From Promethearchaeota archaeon (lineage in GTDB: Archaea > Asgardarchaeota > Lokiarchaeia > Sigyniarchaeales > SOKP01): 64,000 nucleotides of DNA. The position numbers and the translations under genes were made by a program. Positions 59,872 to 64,000 of the stretch are shown in pieces. The stretch's first letter is position 1; each line of letters opens with the position of its first letter. The DNA is taken from positions 1 to 64,000 of the forward strand of contig JAHLWS010000011.1 in the NCBI GenBank assembly GCA_019057795.1, written 5' to 3'. The notes beneath the pieces are model-generated. The model ran no database searches and was not told where the DNA came from. It was given only the letters and a program-made list of their open reading frames with translations.

Positions 59872-61044
59872 TCACCTCAAAGGTTCTTTTCCTAATATTA
59901 GAATTTCAGTCCAAAGGCTTCCGCCAAATCCCATTGCGAGAGCTTTTTCTACATCGGGTACTTGTCTTTTTTCACCTCGCCCCATAACTTGAATTGCAGC
60001 TTCAGCTACTCGCACTAATGCTGTAGCTCCAATAGGATTTGTGCTTAAGACGCCCCCTGAGGGGTTGACAGGAAACTCTCCACTCATTAATGTTATTCCT
60101 TCGTCTAATAATTTTCCGCCTTCACCAGGTTTGCAAAACCCTAACGCTTCAGTCCATGAAAGTTCGCTCCAAGATGTCGGTTCATAGATTTCTGCTACAT
60201 CTAAATCTTTTACAGGATTTTTAATGCCTGCTTTTTTATAAGCTTTCTTAGACGCAAGTGCAGCAGTAGGGAGATCGAACATTGCTTCATCAGTACCAAA
60301 AGTGTAATAGTGGGTAGTTTCTACCGCGTGGAACCAAGCGGGGTTATCGGTTATCTTTTTAGTTTCTTCCTCGTTAGCGTAAATGAGAGCACAAGCGCCT
60401 TCGCTTTGAGGGCAAACATCGTGTAATCTTAAAGGGTACGATATCATTTGAGAACTCATAACGTAATCAATGGTAATATTTGGCATCTGTAAATGTGCAA
60501 ATGGATTATTTGCCGCATTACTTCTATTTTTTACCGTAACTTTTGCTGCTTGTTCTGATGTTATTCCATATTTGGCAGAATACATACCTGCCATAAGGGC
60601 TAGTGGACCGAGAGCACCAGCTAAAGATGGTCTTTCCCATACCGGATCAAATGCTGTTATTATACCGGTAGTAGCTCCACCTTCTTTTAATTTTTCCCAG
60701 CCAACAACTAAAACCTTGTTATAAATTCCTGAGGCAACATTGTGATAACCACATATAGCTAAGGAACTACCAGTTGTGCCACCTGTCGCAACCTTAACTA
60801 CAGGTTTTAAATATCCAGGAGCTCCTTCAATTCCACAGAATAATTCAGAGAAATTGATTCCTTCAAAATGGTCCATATTCCCTATTATTATGGCATCTAT
60901 TTCTTTTGGTTCAAGTTGAGCATCATCAAGAGCCATTTTAACGGCTTCGTATACCATCTCAGGGATATTAACATCTCTTCTCTTACTTCTGAATTTAGTT
61001 TGACCTATACCGACAACGGCCACATCATGTTTTGACATTTTCAT
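59872..61044 (-). CDS. Thiolase-fold protein, Ltp3-like (no catalytic Cys)
   Basis: GIGQTKF..KRRDV, FEG, WEK, AEIYEP.SW.E..W.E.LGF, NPSGGVLS.NPIGA. Confidence 0.85.
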   Translation of the reverse strand: MKMSKHDVAVVGIGQTKFRSKRRDVNIPEMVYEAVKMALDDAQLEPKEIDAIIIGNMDHFEGINFSELFCGIEGAPGYLKPVVKVATGGTTGSSLAICGYHNVASGIYNKVLVVGWEKLKEGGATTGIITAFDPVWERPSLAGALGPLALMAGMYSAKYGITSEQAAKVTVKNRSNAANNPFAHLQMPNITIDYVMSSQMISYPLRLHDVCPQSEGACALIYANEEETKKITDNPAWFHAVETTHYYTFGTDEAMFDLPTAALASKKAYKKAGIKNPVKDLDVAEIYEPTSWSELSWTEALGFCKPGEGGKLLDEGITLMSGEFPVNPSGGVLSTNPIGATALVRVAEAAIQVMGRGEKRQVPDVEKALAMGFGGSLWTEILILGKEPLR

Positions 61045-62183
61045 TCACCTCCGAATATTAATACACAGTTTCCCTGAGAACATATCCCGTTCATGCCATA
61101 AGCTAAACCAGTTTTTGCGTTAGGAACTTGTCTTTTATCTGCCTTACCCTTTAATTGTAACGCAATTTCAGCTACTCTAATTAAACCATTTGCCATTATG
61201 GGATTACTTGATAACACTCCTCCAGAGGGATTTACTGGAATAGAACCATTCATCTTTGTTTCCCCTCCCTCTATAAATTTACCACCTTCTCCAGGAGCGC
61301 ATAACCCTAGTGCTTCGTAAATCATTAATTCGTGAGTACTGAAGTTTTCGCTTACTTCACAAACATCTATTTCTTTAATAGGATCAGTAATACTCGCCAT
61401 TTTATAAGCTTGTTTAGCTGCTAATTCTAAACCTACCAAATCCGTCATGTTCCTATGTCCTAAATAATACGCATCAGTACAACTTCCATAACCTTTAAGC
61501 CAAACAGGTGTATCTGTCATCTTCTTAGCAACATCTTCTTTTGCTAATAGCATAGCCACTGCACCATCTGAGAAAGGAGGAAAATCTAATTCTTTTAAAG
61601 GATGTGCCATCATCTTTGAATTAAGAACATCGCCAATTGTAACTTCTTTCTGTAAATGTGCGTAAGGGTTGTTGAGAGCATTTTTTCGATTTTTAACCAC
61701 AACTCTAGCAGCTTGTTCTTCAGTCACACCGTATTTATTCATATACATGTTTGCCATTAAACCAGCAGATGAAATTTGATCAAGACCTAAGTGCCTTTGA
61801 TAATAAGGATCAAAGATCGAATTGTTTACGAGGTATTGGTTGACTTCAGAGCACTTACAATGTGAAACTACTAGTACTGTATCGAATGACTCTGACAAAA
61901 TTCTCATAGCTCCGTAAATATAGGCGAAAGCACCATCTCCAGAGACTCTAGATTCTGCTTTTCTAACAGACCCTACAGCATCTTGTATAGCCATGTTTGC
62001 GATCGTTCTTCCATCATTAAAATCGTTGGAGCTAGTAATAACACAACCTATATCATCGTTAGTAATTCCTAATTCGTTGTAAAGCTTTTTCACAACTTCA
62101 AAAACAAGTTCGGAGTAAGTTTGATCGATTTTATCTGCTTCGTATTTAGTTTGTGTACATCCAACTATTCCTACTTTATCCAT
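61041..62183 (-). CDS. Thiolase-fold protein, Ltp4-like
   Basis: LYNELGIT..DIG, S.DF.DGR, ES.V..DGA.A, NPSGG.LS.NP.MA.GL.R; probable start ATG 62183. Confidence 0.85.
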   Translation of the reverse strand: MDKVGIVGCTQTKYEADKIDQTYSELVFEVVKKLYNELGITNDDIGCVITSSNDFNDGRTIANMAIQDAVGSVRKAESRVSGDGAFAYIYGAMRILSESFDTVLVVSHCKCSEVNQYLVNNSIFDPYYQRHLGLDQISSAGLMANMYMNKYGVTEEQAARVVVKNRKNALNNPYAHLQKEVTIGDVLNSKMMAHPLKELDFPPFSDGAVAMLLAKEDVAKKMTDTPVWLKGYGSCTDAYYLGHRNMTDLVGLELAAKQAYKMASITDPIKEIDVCEVSENFSTHELMIYEALGLCAPGEGGKFIEGGETKMNGSIPVNPSGGVLSSNPIMANGLIRVAEIALQLKGKADKRQVPNAKTGLAYGMNGICSQGNCVLIFGGE

Positions 62184-62389
62184 ATCTGTTTTTTTCCTTT
62201 GTATTTTATTTAAAATATTTATCAAAAAGCTATAATCATAATTATTGAATTAGGTATAAAAAATTTTCAATAGTATTTTTTGAGAATTACAATATTTTTA
62301 AAATTTAAATAGAAAGATACTTAATTTCTATTCAACTATATATTTTTGATCTTTATTACAATCCATACTTTTAAAAATAGGTATAAAAA

Positions 62390-63289
62390 ATGTCAGAATC
62401 GAACCCAGAAAATAAGTTAGTTATTTCAGCAGCATTAGCTGGTGCAGTTACAACCAAGCAAAATAATCCAAATGTTCCATATACCGCAGAAGAATTTGGA
62501 GATGAAGCGAAAAAATGTTATGATGCGGGTGCTGCGATTGTCCATATCCATGCTCGACATCCCGAAAAAGGTAATCCAACGCATGATTTAGATCTAATAA
62601 AAGCAGTGTTAGATAATATAAAATCAAAAGCACCTGATATAATAATCAATTTAAGTTCAGCAATTAGTACAGTTGCTACTGATAAGCAAAGAATAGCGCC
62701 GGTTCAAACCTTCAAACCACCTTTAGCTTCGTTAAATACTGCGTCCATGAATTTCGCAGTTGGTGATTACAGAACAGGAAAAGTTGGTATGGGAGCAGGA
62801 AATATCTTCGCAAATACATTTAAAACCATTTCGAAATTTGCGAAAGAGATGAAAAAAGCTGGAACTAAACCGGAAATGGAAATTTACGACCTAGGAGGTT
62901 TGTATAATATGCTTTTCCTAAATAGACAAGAAAGCGCATTTACTAAACCACTTCATTTCCAGTTTGTATGGGGCGTGCTTGGAGGAATTCCATTCACACC
63001 AAAGAATTTCGCTTTGATGCTCGATCTAAAGCCTCTAGATGCTACTTGGAGCGTTTGTGGTGTTTCTAAGCAACAATTTCAAGCTGGAATGTGTGCTGCC
63101 GCATGGGGCGGACATATTCGTGTTGGATTAGAGGACAATACTCGTGTTATTTCAGGTGAATTAGCTAAAGGTAGTTACGAGCAAGTAGCTTGGGCTAAAA
63201 AGGTTTCTGAGGCTGCGGGACGAGAAATAGCACAAGGTGAAGAAGCAAGAAAAATATTTCATCTAAAGCAAGAACATGTGTCATTATAA
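62390..63289 (+). CDS. Beta-keto acid cleavage enzyme (Kce/BKACE, DUF849)
   Basis: P.VPYT.EE, AGAAIVHIHAR, ASLN..SMNF, PEMEIYD.G, HIRVGLEDN. Confidence 0.92.
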   Translation: MSESNPENKLVISAALAGAVTTKQNNPNVPYTAEEFGDEAKKCYDAGAAIVHIHARHPEKGNPTHDLDLIKAVLDNIKSKAPDIIINLSSAISTVATDKQRIAPVQTFKPPLASLNTASMNFAVGDYRTGKVGMGAGNIFANTFKTISKFAKEMKKAGTKPEMEIYDLGGLYNMLFLNRQESAFTKPLHFQFVWGVLGGIPFTPKNFALMLDLKPLDATWSVCGVSKQQFQAGMCAAAWGGHIRVGLEDNTRVISGELAKGSYEQVAWAKKVSEAAGREIAQGEEARKIFHLKQEHVSL

Positions 63290-63297
63290 GGATTAGG

Positions 63298-63313
63298 TTG
63301 AGTTTAAACTCAA
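63298..63313. repeat. Perfect 16-bp palindrome between convergent genes (possible terminator or protein-binding site)
   Basis: TTGAGTTTAAACTCAA, followed by a T-run near 63336-63345. Confidence 0.5.
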
Positions 63314-63393
63314 GTTCAATTCTAAACCATTACAATTTTTTTTTTATCATAATATTTTTGTAAAGAATTAAAAAAATAAGAAAATTTTAAAAC

Positions 63394-63993
63394 TTAAAAA
63401 GTAAATCCATCAGGCAATTCCGATTCTGAGGTTCCTTCGGGAACAAATGAAAGATCCATTATAGTATAAGTGGGATTTTTTGTTTGAAAAATGGGTACCA
63501 CGCGTTTTTCTAGTTCAGGTTCTCCTACCGATAGATAACTCATTAAAATTGTAACTACACCATCAAATTCTATGTTAATGAATTTGATTGGTAATTTGAG
63601 CGTATTAAACGCTCCCGATCGATGGGTTATAATGAAGGAATATATTTTGGCGCTATTCTTTGCTTTCTCAGTAAAATCAATTGCAGTCATTTTTCGTAAG
63701 CAATCTGGACAATAAATCCTGAAAGGCATGTAGATTGATCCTTTGAATTCACATTTATCATTATCGCATCTTGTAGCCATCAATTTCCCCTTACTAAGAG
63801 ATTCGAAAAAAATAGCTTCACCACCATAAGAGTGGATATAAGTCATGTCTCTAGGATTTGTAACACCAGCCAATTTTCCTGTGTCTTCGTTAAATATTGG
63901 TCGATTTGCCTCAATGATATGAAATTTTCCTTTTGGTTTGTATCTTCCATTAATTATGGAAACAGAACCTTTTTCTTCTTCAGTTTTAGGCAT
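63394..63993 (-). CDS. DUF35-like zinc ribbon + OB-fold protein
   Basis: HSYGGE..FF..L..GKLMATRC...C....YMP.R.YCPDC. Confidence 0.8.
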   Translation of the reverse strand: MPKTEEEKGSVSIINGRYKPKGKFHIIEANRPIFNEDTGKLAGVTNPRDMTYIHSYGGEAIFFESLSKGKLMATRCDNDKCEFKGSIYMPFRIYCPDCLRKMTAIDFTEKAKNSAKIYSFIITHRSGAFNTLKLPIKFINIEFDGVVTILMSYLSVGEPELEKRVVPIFQTKNPTYTIMDLSFVPEGTSESELPDGFTF

Positions 63994-64000
63994 TTTTTTT

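Overview
AT-rich archaeal DNA, very probably from an Asgard archaeon (Lokiarchaeia). Evidence: a Rab-like small GTPase with longin/roadblock-type neighbours, archaeal Wood-Ljungdahl genes cdhB/cdhC, a tetraether-synthase-like radical SAM enzyme, and many acyl-CoA ligase, crotonase, thiolase, DUF35 and SCP2 lipid-catabolism genes. No rRNA, tRNA, CRISPR array or transposase was recognised. The top finding is a thiolase-fold gene (about 42850-44139) interrupted by a 30-nt insert carrying an in-frame TAA. The insert boundaries fold into a bulge-helix-bulge (BHB) splicing motif: a 4-bp CUGG/CCAG helix, 3-nt bulges ACA and UCA, and a 5-bp exon-exon helix CUUCU/AGAAG. Cutting at the canonical BHB positions removes 43775-43804 and restores HDAFSG-QEVISYEELGF, which aligns without gaps to both thiolase paralogues in this window. 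This is a candidate tRNA-type (EndA-spliced) intron in a protein-coding mRNA of an Asgard archaeon. The gene lies just downstream of a zinc-finger-repeat nuclease-like ORF, inside a ~9 kb block bounded by diverged duplicates of the operon's own 5' and 3' ends. Other highlights: an OsmC/longin/roadblock/Rab-like GTPase/V4R operon with TRAPP-like composition; an Ltp3/Ltp4-like aldolase operon; a di-ubiquitin-like MoaD protein; a 1592-aa FG-GAP surface protein; frameshifted membrane-longin genes; and many short gene remnants. All functional calls come from motif recognition only; no database search was run.
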